Of a DNA stretch of 52,240 nucleotides, positions 38,006-51,270 are shown piece after piece. The notes under the pieces are model-generated. The model worked only from the letters and a program-made list of their open reading frames with translations. It was not told where the DNA came from and did no database searches. The stretch covers positions 7,090,939-7,143,178 of the forward strand of contig NC_069009.1 of NCBI RefSeq assembly GCF_001194135.2, in the 5' to 3' direction. A program made the translations under genes and the position numbers. Numbering within the stretch: position 1 is the stretch's first letter; each line of letters opens with the position of its first letter. This DNA comes from Octopus bimaculoides. Taxonomy: Eukaryota.

Positions 38006-38399
38006 ATTTTGTGAGGACAATCTGTTAAGGGATTTGGCTCTCCAGCCATGGCTCTCAAAGTTCATAACCTTGCAAGCTGCATGGTGGTCTTAGTAGAGTT
38101 GGTGGCACAAAAAAAAAAGCATCCAACACATGTTGTATAGTGGTTGGTGTGAAGAAGAGCATCCGGAGAAATTTCAGTCAGCCGGTCATAATAACCTAGC
38201 AAAAAAAGAAAATCTCAGCAAAACAGTCCTGCTACATTTGGTCAAGAGTTTCTTTACAGCATGGCCAGATGTTTCAACTTTTGTTTCAGCAGAGATTTTA
38301 TAGAAACAAATCGATTTGAAGCATTTGGTGTTGCTGAAAAGATGTGATAAAAATCTATGAGTGAATATTCATACTTATGTGTAAATAAATGTATGTAGA

Positions 38400-38455
<56 letters not shown>

Positions 38456-39649
38456 TTCATGTATAGATGTGTATGTGTATGCTTGCATTTATCTATATGT
38501 TTTTATATATGTGCATGCTTATATCTTAGTGTTTCTGTATGAGTAATATATATATATATATCATGCACAGAACTGTCAACCCTTTGTAACTTGTCATTTG
38601 ATAATAATAATAATTATATTAATGTATACAGATATCTATATGTCTGTCTGTGTGTATGTCATTTGTGAATAAATATATGCATGTATATATGTGTGTGTAT
38701 TTATACATACACAGACATTTAATATGTATATATTATTCCTGTATTGTGTGGTAAATAAAGCATTATAGCATCCCCTTCACTCCACCCTCATCATTCCACC
38801 ATGGCCATCACCTCCACAACAACAGCCACCTCCCAATTTCTTACATTCTCCAACTGAAATTGAAATATTATTTTCAAAACCAAAGCATTTTACTAAATTC
38901 CTCGTTTTTCTTTCGGAATCATATCCAAACAAAGCAGAGATGATATCTAGAGCCATTATTAAATATTTGACAAGACTTATTCTGTCAAGGATTCTTCAAG
39001 ACATTTTTTACCATTTCTCTTTTGTCTTTTTCTTTTAGTTTTGTCATTCTTCTTCTTCTGTTTAATGGTGTGTGTGGAAGACACAGAGACGGGGAAGCCA
39101 TCAGTTTGGAGTTCTATGTTTTTTTTTGTTTTTGCTTTTTGGCAATATGTCTTCCATCCTTTCTGATAAGCTTTTCCCTTTCTTTCTTTTGCACTACTTT
39201 TTCATCATCATTGTCTTTTTCTTTGTTTCTTCCATTCTCTTCATTATTCTTCTTTCATCAGTCAATTCTTCTTCCTCTTATTTCATTCTTCTTTTTCTTC
39301 TTTCATTGCCTTCATTCTTCTTTCATTGTCTAATTCTTCTTCTTTCTTCTTTCATCTTCCAAAATAAGTCCTGGGTTCAAATGAATCGAATGCAGAACAT
39401 ACTTTTTCGTTGAGCCTAGTACTTATTTTGTCAATCTCTATTGCTGAACCATAAACACCAACAGCAGCTGTCAAGTGGTTGTGGGGGACAAGCACAGACA
39501 CATGCGCACACATCTGTGCCATCCGACCAGATACCCTTCATAGATGAAGGGCATCCAACCCTAAAAACCATGATAGAATAGACAATGGAGCCTGGTACAG
39601 CTCCCCAGTCAAACTGTCTAACCCATGCCAGCATGGAAAATGGATGTTA

Positions 39650-39744
39650 GAGTATATATGTGTGTGTGTGTGCATATATGTGTATATGTGTATGTATATA
39701 TGTATCTGTGTATATATGTATGTGTGTATATATATATATATATA

Positions 39745-39799
<55 letters not shown>

Positions 39800-40910
39800 A
39801 TATGTGTGTGTGTATATATGTATATGTGTGCATATATATATATNNNNNNNNNNNNNNNNNNNNNNNNNNNNNNNNNNNNNNNNNNNNNNNNNNNNNNNNN
39901 NNNNNNNNNNNNNNNNNNNNNNNNNNNNNNNNNNNNNNNNNNNNNNNNNNNNNNNNNNNNNNNNNNNNNNNNNNNNNNNNNNNNNNNNNNNNNNNNNNNN
40001 NNNNNNNNNNNNNNNNNNNNNNNNNNNNNNNNNNNNNNNNNNNNNNNNNNNNNNNNNNNNNNNNNNNNNNNNNNNNNNNNNNNNNNNNNNNNNNNNNNNN
40101 NNNNNNNNNNNNNNNNNNNNNNNNNNNNNNNNNNNNNNNNNNNNNNNNNNNNNNNNNNNNNNNNNNNNNNNNNNNNNNNNNNNNNNNNNNNNNNNNNNNN
40201 NNNNNNNNNNNNNNNNNNNNNNNNNNNNNNNNNNNNNNNNNNNNNNNNNNNNNNNNNNNNNNNNNNNNNNNNNNNNNNNNNNNNNNNNNNNNNNNNNNNN
40301 NNNNNNNNNNNNNNNNNNNNNNNNNNNNNNNNNNNNNNNNNNNNNNNNNNNNNNNNNNNNNNNNNNNNNNNNNNNNNNNNNNNNNNNNNNNNNNNNNNNN
40401 NNNNNNNNNNNNNNNNNNNNNNNNNNNNNNNNNNNNNNNNNNNNNNNNNNNNNNNNNNNNNNNNNNNNNNNNNNNNNNNNNNNNNNNNNNNNNNNNNNNN
40501 NNNNNNNNNNNNNNNNNNNNNNNNNNNNNNNNNNNNNNNNNNNNNNNNNNNNNNNNNNNNNNNNNNNNNNNNNNNNNNNNNNNNNNNNNNNNNNNNNNNN
40601 NNNNNNNNNNNTATATATATGTATGTATCTGTATGTATATGTGTATATATGTATATGTATAAATGTATGTGAATATATATGTATATGTATAAATATATGT
40701 ATGTATATATTTACATGTATGCATATGGGTATATATGTATGTATATATGTATATATATGCATGTATGCATATGTGTTTGTATATATGTATATATATATGC
40801 ATGTATGCATATGTGTATATATGTATGCATATGTGTATATGTATGCATATGTGTGTATATGTATGCAGATATGTATGCATATATGATATATGTATATATG
40901 TGTATATATA
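39650..40910. repeat. (TA)/(TG) compound microsatellite spanning an assembly gap
   Basis: Directly visible. It explains the 300-430 aa artefactual ORFs. Confidence 0.9.
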
Positions 40911-41502
40911 CACAACAGGCTTCTTTCAGTTTCTGTCTACCAAATCCACTCACAAAGTTTTGGTTGCCCCAAGGCTATAGTAGAAGACACTTGACCAAGG
41001 TGCCATGCAGTTGGACTGAACCCAGAACTATGTGATCAGGAAGCAAGCTTCTTACCACACAGCCACAGAGTTGGCTGTTATTTCTGGTGGGCAGCGATGC
41101 CACTTTGAGGTTGTTTTGTTTTACTTGTTCAGTCAATGTAGATGATTTAACCAATATTGGCAATCTCTTGAATGGTGATGGTGATGACGATGGAGACAAT
41201 GTATAGTAGTAAATGTGATGGTGATGGTTAAGATAAGGATATCAACATTGGTGTAGTGGTGATGATGATGGTAATGTTTATAATGGTGACAATCATGAAG
41301 ACAATAACGATGATGATAATTGCCGATATAGAAGGTGGTGCTGGTGATGACAATGATGGTGATGATGGTTGTGATGATGAATTGCTAGAATGCTCTCTTA
41401 ATGTAGTGATTTTTGCAATTTTAACAAATATTTAGGGATTCTTGCACTTAATAGTTACCATATATGCAAGAATCCTTAAATATGTTAAAATTGCAAAACT
41501 CA

Positions 41503-41543
<41 letters not shown>

Positions 41544-41698
41544 GATAAGCAATCACCTAATGTTCAAATCTTTATATATATATATATATATATCCACACA
41601 CATGTACACACACACACATATATATATATATCCACACAGACACACATGTACATATCTATATATATATATATATATATATATAATTACCAGATTTTATA

Positions 41699-41738
<40 letters not shown>

Positions 41739-42839
41739 GATAGAGAGAGAGACAGAGAGAGAGAGACAGAGAGAGAGAGAGGAAAGGAGGGAAAGAGAGA
41801 TTCATATTTTTTTGTTTGTATGTATGTATATTTCTGTGTGTATAAAAAGTCTACCTCATATATATTAAAATTTCAGCTTGCTCGCTAATGTGTATTGTGT
41901 ATATGTGTGTCTATATAATTTTGCAAATACTTTTTATTTATGTATATGTTTTCCTTTCTCCTATAAATTTTTAAACGACCAAAATTGTTCTTGGCAAAGG
42001 ATTTCAAAAGATAAGATTAGCTTCTTTCACCATTCTTAATCTAAAGCAAAAGACATGATTATCACTTCCACTATCTATCTCTTACAAAACCTCCAAGAAA
42101 GATGGCCAGCTTAGATGAGAAATTGGAATAATACTTCTTCAATATTTGTTGTGTGTTCTTAGAAATTTGGCAAGATTCCTAATAGAGTTAGTCATCGCTT
42201 TTTAGTTCCCCCAGGTTTTTGTTTTTGTCGTTTTTATAAAGGGATGCCCTATTTTCTTGGCCCTTGTTTTACCTATTTAAGTAGGGCATTCGGAGCGAGT
42301 GGAGTAGATGCATAATTGCATTTGATGAAAGAGGCAGTTGGCGATGGTGGCAGCAAGGTGGAGATTTCTACATTTTCTTAAACACGAATATCTGCAAGAC
42401 TCTATCTATATGAATTGTGTGTGTGTGTGTGTGTGTGTGTATTATATATATATATATATAATTTAAACACACCTGATAATATGCTGATTAAAGCACTTTT
42501 ACTGTCTATGGCTATCTGATGTTATCCACCTAAGCAATTCCCCAGTATTTGTTGAATATAACAAATGAGAGAAACAGAAAATGGAATTCACAAAATTCTT
42601 GATTAATCACAACAATCATTTTCATCCATCTTACCTTGGTCCCTCACAGGTGAAATGCTATACAACTAGCTATGGTGAATCCTTCGGTGCAGATATGTTT
42701 TGTTAGGTGATTTTTCAAAAGGTATCTTGCTCAATAAACTCTGCTTCGCTTGGTTCTTGCCTACAGGTTCTGTGTTTTGGAATGACACAAGATGGATACT
42801 TTTCCTTTTTTTTATATACAGTTAACAACTCTACATATA

Positions 42840-43035
42840 TTACGGAGATGTACTTGCATAGCAAGTGACCTGATCTGAGATCGTGTGCTGGAACAAAAAC
42901 AGTTGCAGCATGGAAGGTGTTTATAAGCCATTTGAAATAACACACAAAATCCGTTAGATTCACTTCAACATTTAAATTTAATTTGTCAAAATATTTTCGT
43001 CGTTTTGAGACCGCGACCTGTTCACTGACAAAGTT
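42840..43035 (-). mobile_element. Penelope-like element terminal-repeat (pLTR) fragment carrying a hammerhead motif
   Basis: Contains the hammerhead motif listed next and is CpG-intact inside a CpG-depleted domain. Assignment to Penelope-like elements is inferred from the known link between minimal hammerheads and PLE pLTRs. Confidence 0.5.
42982..43032 (-). ncRNA. Minimal type I hammerhead ribozyme, G3-C8 core variant
   Basis: - strand TTTGTCA-GTGAACA-G-GTCG(CGGTCTCAAAA)CGAC-GAAA-ATAT-TT/TGACAAA. This gives a 7-bp stem I, core G3UGAAC8A9, a 4-bp stem II, GAAA, and a palindromic AAAATATTTT across stem III. Confidence 0.6.
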
Positions 43036-44319
43036 AATCATAAATAAAACACAGAAAATAAAGAATAAGAAAAAGATTATTTTGATAAGTATGTGCATGC
43101 ATGTTCATGTAAGCAAGCACACACATACAGACATGTATACACACACCCACAGTCTCATGGACAGACACACACACTCCCACAATTATATATATCTCCAAAA
43201 CAATTATAAAGAATACAGAGACCGGTACATCTTTGAATTTTTCTTTTAATTTATCAGTTATCCAGCAGAACTAGTTAAAATGACTAATCATGTTTCATAA
43301 TTAACTGTTAAATTAAGAGGAAGATTTCAAGATGTACAAGTTTCCATATTCTTCATGATTGTTTTGGATTTACACTCCCCAAAATATTCATAATCCAGGG
43401 AAGTGAACCTGGATTTATCCATCAGAAGTATTACAGTGGGATTGTTCACCCTCTGTGATCCTTCTGGCTTTTTACTACTTGATGTGGTTAGCCATAGCCT
43501 GGAATATACCGGAAGGCTATTACAATATCCACTTGGATTATCTTACCCTATAGATTCATTGTTTTATATATATATATATATATAAAGTCTGTCATACCAG
43601 CCATGATGAAATACCACAAGGTATAGAAAATATGAAATACCACAAGGTATAGAAAATACATATTCACCTTTATATATTTATATATTTAATCCTTTATATT
43701 GAACACTCAATATTTCATCTATTCAATAAGACATATTCCATATATTCAATAAGACATTCAATACTTTATTTCATAGTACCATCTGTTTTTATTCTATATT
43801 ATATATTGTATATTATATTATATATTGTATATTATATTATGTATTGTATATTCCATATTCTATATCCCACATTGGTTTTGCAGGAATATAAATAAAACAT
43901 TAAAAACAGACAGTGTTGGAACTCTTTTAAACAAAATAATATATTCCTCTGTACACAATCATACAAAACCCCCTTTTTTTGTATTTATTTTTACTCGCAT
44001 ATANNNNNNNNNNNNNNNNNNNNNNNNNNNNNNNNNNNNNNNNNNNNNNNNNNNNNNNNNNNNNNNNNNNNNNNNNNNNNNNNNNNNNNNNNNNNNNNNN
44101 NNNNNNNNNNNNNNNNNNNNNNNNNNNNNNNNNNNNNNNNNNNNNNNNNNNNNNNNNNNNNNNNNNNNNNNNNNNNNNNNNNNNNNNNNNNNNNNNNNNN
44201 NNNNNNNNNNNNNNNNNNNNNNNNNNNNNNNNNNNNNNNNNNNNNNNNNNNNNNNNNNNNNNNNNNNNNNNNNNNNNNNNNNNNNNNNNNNNNNNNNNNN
44301 NNNNNNNNNNNNNNNNNNA

Positions 44320-44945
44320 GTTGGTGAATGCTGCCATAATCCTTGCCGTCAGTTCATCTTTGGTGTGACAAAGAGTTTTGTTGGTCTCTCGCTCAACTGC
44401 ACCCCACACAAAATCAAAAGGCTTGCAGTCTCGGGAGTTAGGTGGCCAGATGTTAGGGGTGATGTGGTTGCAGAAATTGTCTGACAGCAATGATTGGGTT
44501 CTCCTGGTTGTGTGGCATGGTGCAGACATAGGATCTTCCCTATGTCTCTTACCCGACGTAGGGTCTTCCAGTAGCCACCCTCTTGACCCAGGGCAGCACT
44601 ACCTCCTCCAATCCTCCTAGCACTTTATGTCGGCCTCAATATTGAGTGTGAGAAGATGAGAGGCATAACATTGCCATCACCAGTGATCACTCCAAACACC
44701 CTGATGTTGACTGGATGTTTGATTTTTGTCACTCTCAGTACATGTCCTCAGATTGCACTGTCCTCCGATTGACACCCAAATGCTCTGAAATGTTTGTGTT
44801 GAAGCTTCCAGCATGAATGCAAAACAGTACTCTCCCTTCCCCTCCCTAGCACAGCTGTTATTTGCTGTTTCCAGTGGTCAGGTATCTACAACTGACAAGA
44901 CTAAAAGAGGCTGAAATCACGTGATTTGGTAGTTCTGGCAACAGT
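44320..44945 (-). mobile_element. Degenerate, internally deleted Tc1/mariner transposon (DD37D/maT-like transposase relic), cut off by an assembly gap
   Basis: - strand fragments AGSFNTNISEHLGVNRRTVQ (HTH), KHPVNIRVFGVITGDGNVMP, EEVVLPWVKRVATGRPYV and SAPCHTTRRTQSLLSDNFCNHITPNIWPPNSRDCKPFDFVWGAVERETNK match the QDSAP.H...WPP.SPD.NPLD..VWG catalytic region. Stops and frameshifts are present. Confidence 0.85.
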
Positions 44946-45404
44946 GGTGATGGTGATTGTCTGCCCCTGCCAATATCTATGATGTGCTTTTATTCACTGC
45001 AAAAACCATACAAGAGATTTTCTCCCTTGGTAAATATCGCAGAATTGTGAGTTTTAACACATCTACTCTTATAGTGGTATATATATATATATATATAGAT
45101 AGATATATAGATATAGATATATATAAAAATACAAATGATATATGAGCATATGCATGTTTACATACATATCTGTACATACCTACATCTACATGTTTATATA
45201 GATGCATATCCGGGTACAGGACGTCAGAAAAGTGAACGGGGACATAAAAAACAAAAACGGACTTTGTTTACAGACAACAGAATGAACACATAGGAAAACA
45301 GACAAGCCACTTACGGAATTATTCCTTCATCAGCTGCCTCTATTCTATATATATATATAAATATATAATATGGTGAGGCATTGGTTTAATAATAATAATC
45401 CTTT

Positions 45405-45834
45405 TTACTATAGGCACAAAACCTGAAATTTTAGGGGATAGGGGCAGTATTTCACTGGTACTTAATTTATCGACTTCGAAAGGATGAAAGGCAAAGTCAA
45501 CCTCGGTGGAATTTGAACTCAGAACATAGCGATGGGTAATATACTGCTAAGCATGCTAACGATTCTGCCAGCTCACCACCTTTTTGATATTAATAATAAT
45601 AATAATAATGGTAATGATAATGGTTTCAAATCTTGACACAAAGCCAGCAAGTTTGGGAGATGGGAATAGTCGATTACATCAACCCCAAATACTCAACTGG
45701 TACTTAATTTATTGACCCTGAAAGGATGAAAGGTAAAGTCAACCTCAGAAGAATTTGAACTCGGAACATAAAGACAGGAACCACTGAAAAGCATTTTGTC
45801 CAACATGCTAATGATTCTGCCAGCTCGCTGCCTT

Positions 45835-45835
<1 letters not shown>
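45405..45835 (-). mobile_element. Two SINE family B copies
   Basis: GAAAGGATGAAAGG.AAAGTCAACCTC.G..GAATTTGAACTC occurs twice. Confidence 0.75.
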
Positions 45836-45889
<54 letters not shown>

Positions 45890-46411
45890 TGATGATGATG
45901 ATGATGATGAGAAATTTTCTGTGAATTCTTTTTTCCCTTTCTTTCCCTGAGGCAGGAGAATAATCTTCGTTTTTTTTTAACTTAATCTTTTCCTAATGGC
46001 ATCACTTACCATTATCTACCTTTGCAATTTCAGAAAAATGTAAAATGCATTCCAATAGCCTTAGATATTCCTTCCTGCTCTCAAATCTTCTTCATTGACT
46101 ACCAAACAATGCAGGAATTGTTCATCATGTGTTCAATCCATCATGTGTTCATCATGTGTTCAATCCACCATGTGTTCCTCTGGCAGGCTAGAAACAGCAG
46201 CCAATCTTTTCTCAGGTGACATCAAACAAAACAATGTAGAAAACCTTCATATAGCCTTGTGACCAGTTAGAAATAGCAGCTGAATCTCTAATATCAAAAA
46301 CTAACATCTTAAAAACTGATGATACATTCAATATTGGGGTGTACCCTACAGTTCCAAGGGGGAAAAGGTGGGATGGCCATATCTGGAAACTTTTTGCTTA
46401 TTAGATAGTGT

Positions 46412-46630
46412 TATTTCTTTACTACCCACAAGGGGCTACACAGAGAGGGGACAAACAAGGACAAACAAACGGATTAAATCGATTATATCGACCCCAGTGC
46501 GTAACTGGTACTTATTTAATCGACCCCGAAAGGATGAAAGGAAAAGTCGACCTCGGTGGAATTTGAACTCAGAACGTAGCGGGCAGACGAAATACCGCTA
46601 AGCATTTCGCCCGATGTGCTAACGGTTCTG
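46412..46630 (-). mobile_element. SINE family B, young near-consensus copy
   Basis: - strand CAGAACCGTTAGCAC...GAAATGCTTAGCGGTATTTCG...TTCTGAGTTCAAATTCCACCGAGGTCGACTTTTCCTTTCATCCTTTCGGGGTCGAT. CpGs are intact. Confidence 0.85.
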
Positions 46631-46864
46631 TGTTTGTGGGTGTACATTAACCAGTGGCCAGAAAAGACTTGGTTGTCATGGAGGGAATGTCTTAAGATAT
46701 CGGATGTGTTCCTAAGTACACTGTGTAAGGAAAAAGGGAGATGGTCATGGCTGGATTGCCTTTGATTATGGGTCTATTTGATGAGGACTGACTGGGAGTG
46801 TAACAACAATCATCATCATCATCATCACAATCATAACTTATCATCACCCATCTTCTATCCTGTC

Positions 46865-47229
46865 TCTTTAACTTGTTTCAGTCATTAGACGGCAGCCATG
46901 CTGGAGCATCACCTTGAAGAATTTCTAGCAAAACATATCAACTCCAGTGCTTATTTTTTTAAGCCTGATACTTATTTTGTCAGTTGCTTTTGCAAAACCG
47001 CTAAGTTATGGGGACATAAAGAAACCAACACCAGCTGTCAAGTGGTGGTGGGGAAACAAACTCAAAGACACACAAACACATGACAGGCTTCTTTCAGTTT
47101 CCGTCTACCAAATCCACTCATAAGGCTTTGGTTAGTCCAGGGCTATAGTAGAAGATGCTTGCCCAAGGTGCCACACACTGGGACTGAACCTGGAACCTTG
47201 TGGTAGGGAAGCAAGCTTCTTACCACACA
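46865..47229 (-). mobile_element. SINE family A, full-length, CpG-eroded
   Basis: Reverse-complement match to family A with several CpG-to-TpG/CpA changes. Confidence 0.8.
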
Positions 47230-48620
47230 ACAACACAATGCACCCCAACATCATCATCATAATTGTCATCATCATCATCATCTCTCTCTCTTTCTCTCTC
47301 TTCTCCTCACTCTTGCAACAGCCAATCCATCTCAGCCAACCACCAAAAATCCCTGTGCCACTGTTGGTGTCACGTTTTTTTTTGCTAATATGGCTTCAAT
47401 CAAGATTCCTACTTTCAACTTTGCACAGCCCACACTTCACTCAAGACTGTCACACTCCACTTTAGGCTGCTACACACACACACACACACACACACATGCA
47501 TTTCAATGTAGTAAGATCCAACTGATCGAGGTAAAACGGTTGGTGAGCCTGTAGCATATACAAGGCTTGTATAGGAAGCACAAAGGAAACAGCAATCACT
47601 AAATATACTTTGTCCTCATATAAATGTTGGAAAGTAATCCTTATAAGAATATTGATGCTATGCAACTCCAGTTCAAGAGAAACTTCTGTTGCTAAAAATG
47701 TGGTAATTAGATATGTGAATGTGAGAAATGGAGAAAGCTGTTATGCCCTACACATGTTTCAATAGTGTAAGTAACCCATATTATGAAATATTAAAAACAT
47801 TACATAATGATAACATATACCTCCTCATCAGGTGCATACTGCTTGTTATGTAAAATAACAGCAAATGACTTTACATAATAAGGTGTATGCACCCAATTAG
47901 AAGGTATACGTTGTCACTACAAAATGGTTTTAATATTTCATTATACGGATTTCATACGCATTTGAAACCTATGTAGTGCATAACTGTTTTTTCATTTCTT
48001 TTATATGCGTATGTATGAACGTGTGAGCATGTATATGTTTGTGTCTCCTTATCTGGACATCGCATGATTAACATAAACAAAAGTTATTCCTTTCCAATAT
48101 TCCGTGAAAGCATGTCTCCTGTGGGAGAAATATAACCTTGCTGGGAACGGGTAAAGGTTGGCAGCAGGAAGGGCTTCCAACCATAGAAAATCTACCACAA
48201 TAAAGTCTGACTCATCAGGCTTAGAAGAAGGGACTTTAAACTGATGAAGACTACGATGTATGCAGGTAGGTAAGTAGGTAGGTAGGTAAGAAGGAAAGAA
48301 AGAAAGAAAGATTGCCTGATGCTCCTTTTTCTCTTCTACTCTAGGCACAAGGACCAAAATTTTTGGGGAGGGGGCCAGTCGATTAGATCGATCCCTGATG
48401 CTTCTTTTTGTGTGAGAAAATTGTCAGTTGCCAGAACTGGCCAACTTTAATAAATGCTCTACTTCGTTGTATCGAGTACTTGTTCTTTTCTCATTTTTTA
48501 CTAGCACACCCACTTACCCACACATAGTGTGTGTGTTTACTAATGTATGTACGCTTTTGTATACATTTGTTTCTCAGACGTGTGTGTATGTATATACACT
48601 CACACTAAATGCAGTGATCA

Positions 48621-48668
<48 letters not shown>

Positions 48669-49259
48669 NNNNNNNNNNNNNNNNNNNNNNNNNNNNNNNN
48701 NNNNNNNNNNNNNNNNNNNNNNNNNNNNNNNNNNNNNNNNNNNNNNNNNNNNNNNNNNNNNNNNNNNNNNNNNNNNNNNNNNNNNNNNNNNNNNNNNNNN
48801 NNNNNNNNNNNNNNNNNNNNNNNNNNNNNNNNNNNNNNNNNNNNNNNNNNNNNNNNNNNNNNNNNNNNNTATATATATATATATGTGTGTGTGTGTGTGG
48901 ATGTATGTATATATGTGTGTACGTGTATATATATATATATGTGTGTGTGTGTGGGTGTATGTATATATGTGTGTACGTGTATATATATATATATATATAT
49001 ATATATCTGTCTGTGTGTAACTGTATCGAACATTTGCAAAGCGATATAAATCTTTACTTTCCGAACAATTGCTTCGTTCAGTGAGATAAATGTATATACA
49101 GCCGTTTTGTGGTGTCTGTAATGTATATACATAAGGTAGGATGTGTATATAGTGTGTTTGTACGGCGTTGTATAAGTATTACACGCACGTTTCTCAAGGC
49201 ATATTAATTTGTATGTAAAACTGTAATTTATAGCCTGTGTCGATGTATTTGTGTGTGTG

Positions 49260-49292
<33 letters not shown>

Positions 49293-49354
49293 TACACCCA
49301 CTTATATGATTTCGATTTTTATTACGTCTGTGTCGATTATATATGAATATGTGT

Positions 49355-49410
<56 letters not shown>

Positions 49411-49592
49411 TACCATGTGTTTGTGTATATAAATACGAATGTAATGTATTCGTGTCCACAAATATATGAATACGTATAAACATTCGCATATCTCTATGCA
49501 TACGTGAATACATACATGTCTGCAAATATATAAACACATATGTCTATACACACACACGCGGAGTAATATTGTGCCAATATGTTTGAGCGCGT

Positions 49593-49629
<37 letters not shown>

Positions 49630-49830
49630 CATACGTATGAAATATAAAGGTAAAAAAATTTTTAACTCCTCTTAGACTCACACAGCAAAAACTTTACGTT
49701 CAGAAATATAAAGCGAATGATAATCACTTATAAGACACTGTATCGATCTTTTACCGTTCCAGACTTCAAATATTGTCTCTGTTCTCATTCTTAAAGCTGC
49801 AATCGTATATCTTTTTGCAAGTGTAAAGCT

Positions 49831-51270
49831 GTGTCTGTACGTGTGTGTAGCTATGCTTAGATATGTATATGTGCACACATGTATATCCATGTGTGTCTGT
49901 ACGTGTGTGTAGCTATGCTTAGATATGTATATGTGCACACATGTATATCCATGTGTGCCTCTGTGTGTGTAGCTATGCTTAGATATGTATATGTGCACAC
50001 ATGTATATCAATGTGTGTCTGTACGTGTGTGTAGCTATGCTTAGATATGTATATGTGCACACATGTATNNNNNNNNNNNNNNNNNNNNNNNNNNNNNNNN
50101 NNNNNNNNNNNNNNNNNNNNNNNNNNNNNNNNNNNNNNNNNNNNNNNNNNNNNNNNNNNNNNNNNNNNNNNNNNNNNNNNNNNNNNNNNNNNNNNNNNNN
50201 NNNNNNNNNNNNNNNNNNNNNNNNNNNNNNNNNNNNNNNNNNNNNNNNNNNNNNNNNNNNNNNNNNNNNNNNNNNNNNNNNNNNNNNNNNNNNNNNNNNN
50301 NNNNNNNNNNNNNNNNNNNNNNNNNNNNNNNNNNNNNNNNNNNNNNNNNNNNNNNNNNNNNNNNNNNNNNNNNNNNNNNNNNNNNNNNNNNNNNNNNNNN
50401 NNNNNNNNNNNNNNNNNNNNNNNNNNNNNNNNNNNNNNNNNNNNNNNNNNNNNNNNNNNNNNNNNNNNNNNNNNNNNNNNNNNNNNNNNNNNNNNNNNNN
50501 NNNNNNNNNNNNNNNNNNNNNNNNNNNNNNNNNNNNNNNNNNNNNNNNNNNNNNNNNNNNNNNNNNNNNNNNNNNNNNNNNNNNNNNNNNNNNNNNNNNN
50601 NNNNNNNNNNNNNNNNNNNNNNNNNNNNNNNNNNNNNNNNNNNNNNNNNNNNNNNNNNNNNNNNNNNNNNNNNNNNNNNNNNNNNNNNNNNNNNNNNNNN
50701 NNNNNNNNNNNNNNNNNNNNNNNNNNNNNNNNNNNNNNNNNNNNNNNNNNNNNNNNNNNNNNNNNNNNNNNNNNNNNNNNNNNNNNNNNNNNNNNNNNNN
50801 NNNNNNNNNNNNNNNNNNNNNNNNNNNNNNNNNNNNNNNNNNNNNNNNNNNNNNNNNNNNNNNNNNNNNNNNNNNNNNNNNNNNNNNNNNNNNNNNNNNN
50901 NNNNNNNNNNNNNNNNNNNNNNNNNNNNNNNNNNNNNNNNNNNNNNNNNNNNNNNNNNNNNNNNNNNNNNNNNNNNNNNNNNNNNNTGTGTCTGTACGTG
51001 TGTGTAGCTATGCTTAGATATGTATATGTGCACACATGTATATCCATGTGTGTCTGTACGTGTGTGTAGCTATGCTTAGATATGTATATGCGCACACATG
51101 TATATCCATGTGTGTCTGTACGTGTGTGTAGCTATGCTTAGATATGTATATGTGTACACATGTATATCCATGTGTGCCTCTGTGTGTGTAGCTATGCTTA
51201 GATATGTATATGTGCACACATGTATATCCATGTGTGTCTCTGTGTGTGTAGCTATGCTTAGATATGTATA
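49831..51270. repeat. 60-62 bp tandem satellite (minisatellite) spanning the gap at 50069-50986
   Basis: Unit GTGTCTGTACGTGTGTGTAGCTATGCTTAGATATGTATATGTGCACACATGTATATCCATGT (62 bp) and a 60-bp variant (GTGCCTCTGTGTGTGTAG). About 4 units lie left of the gap and about 5 right of it. Confidence 0.92.

Noticed and set aside
39618-40915. Long ORFs (300-430 aa) here and at 1871-2798, 12606-13566 and 49857-51095
   Set aside because: They consist of N-gap X residues and dinucleotide-repeat translations (YIYI, HTHT, CVCV) and are not coding.
43330-43560. Open frames of 60-70 codons on both strands
   Set aside because: No recognisable homology or paired splice sites; the length is within chance expectation.
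45290-45350. Hammerhead-like CTGATGA-A-GGAA(TAA)TTCC-GTAA on the - strand
   Set aside because: GAAA is altered to GTAA and no UH triplet sits in register with stem I. At best it is a decayed motif.
46009-46200. - strand donor ATG|GTAAGT preceded by the protein-like RRFESRKEYLRLLECILHFSEIAKVDN
   Set aside because: No polypyrimidine acceptor after the in-frame stop, and a short tandem duplication lies upstream. More likely a transposon relic or chance.
47550-47770. 72-codon open frame with IYKACIGSTKET, vaguely GIY-YIG-like
   Set aside because: Similarity is too weak to call and splice signals do not fit the frame.
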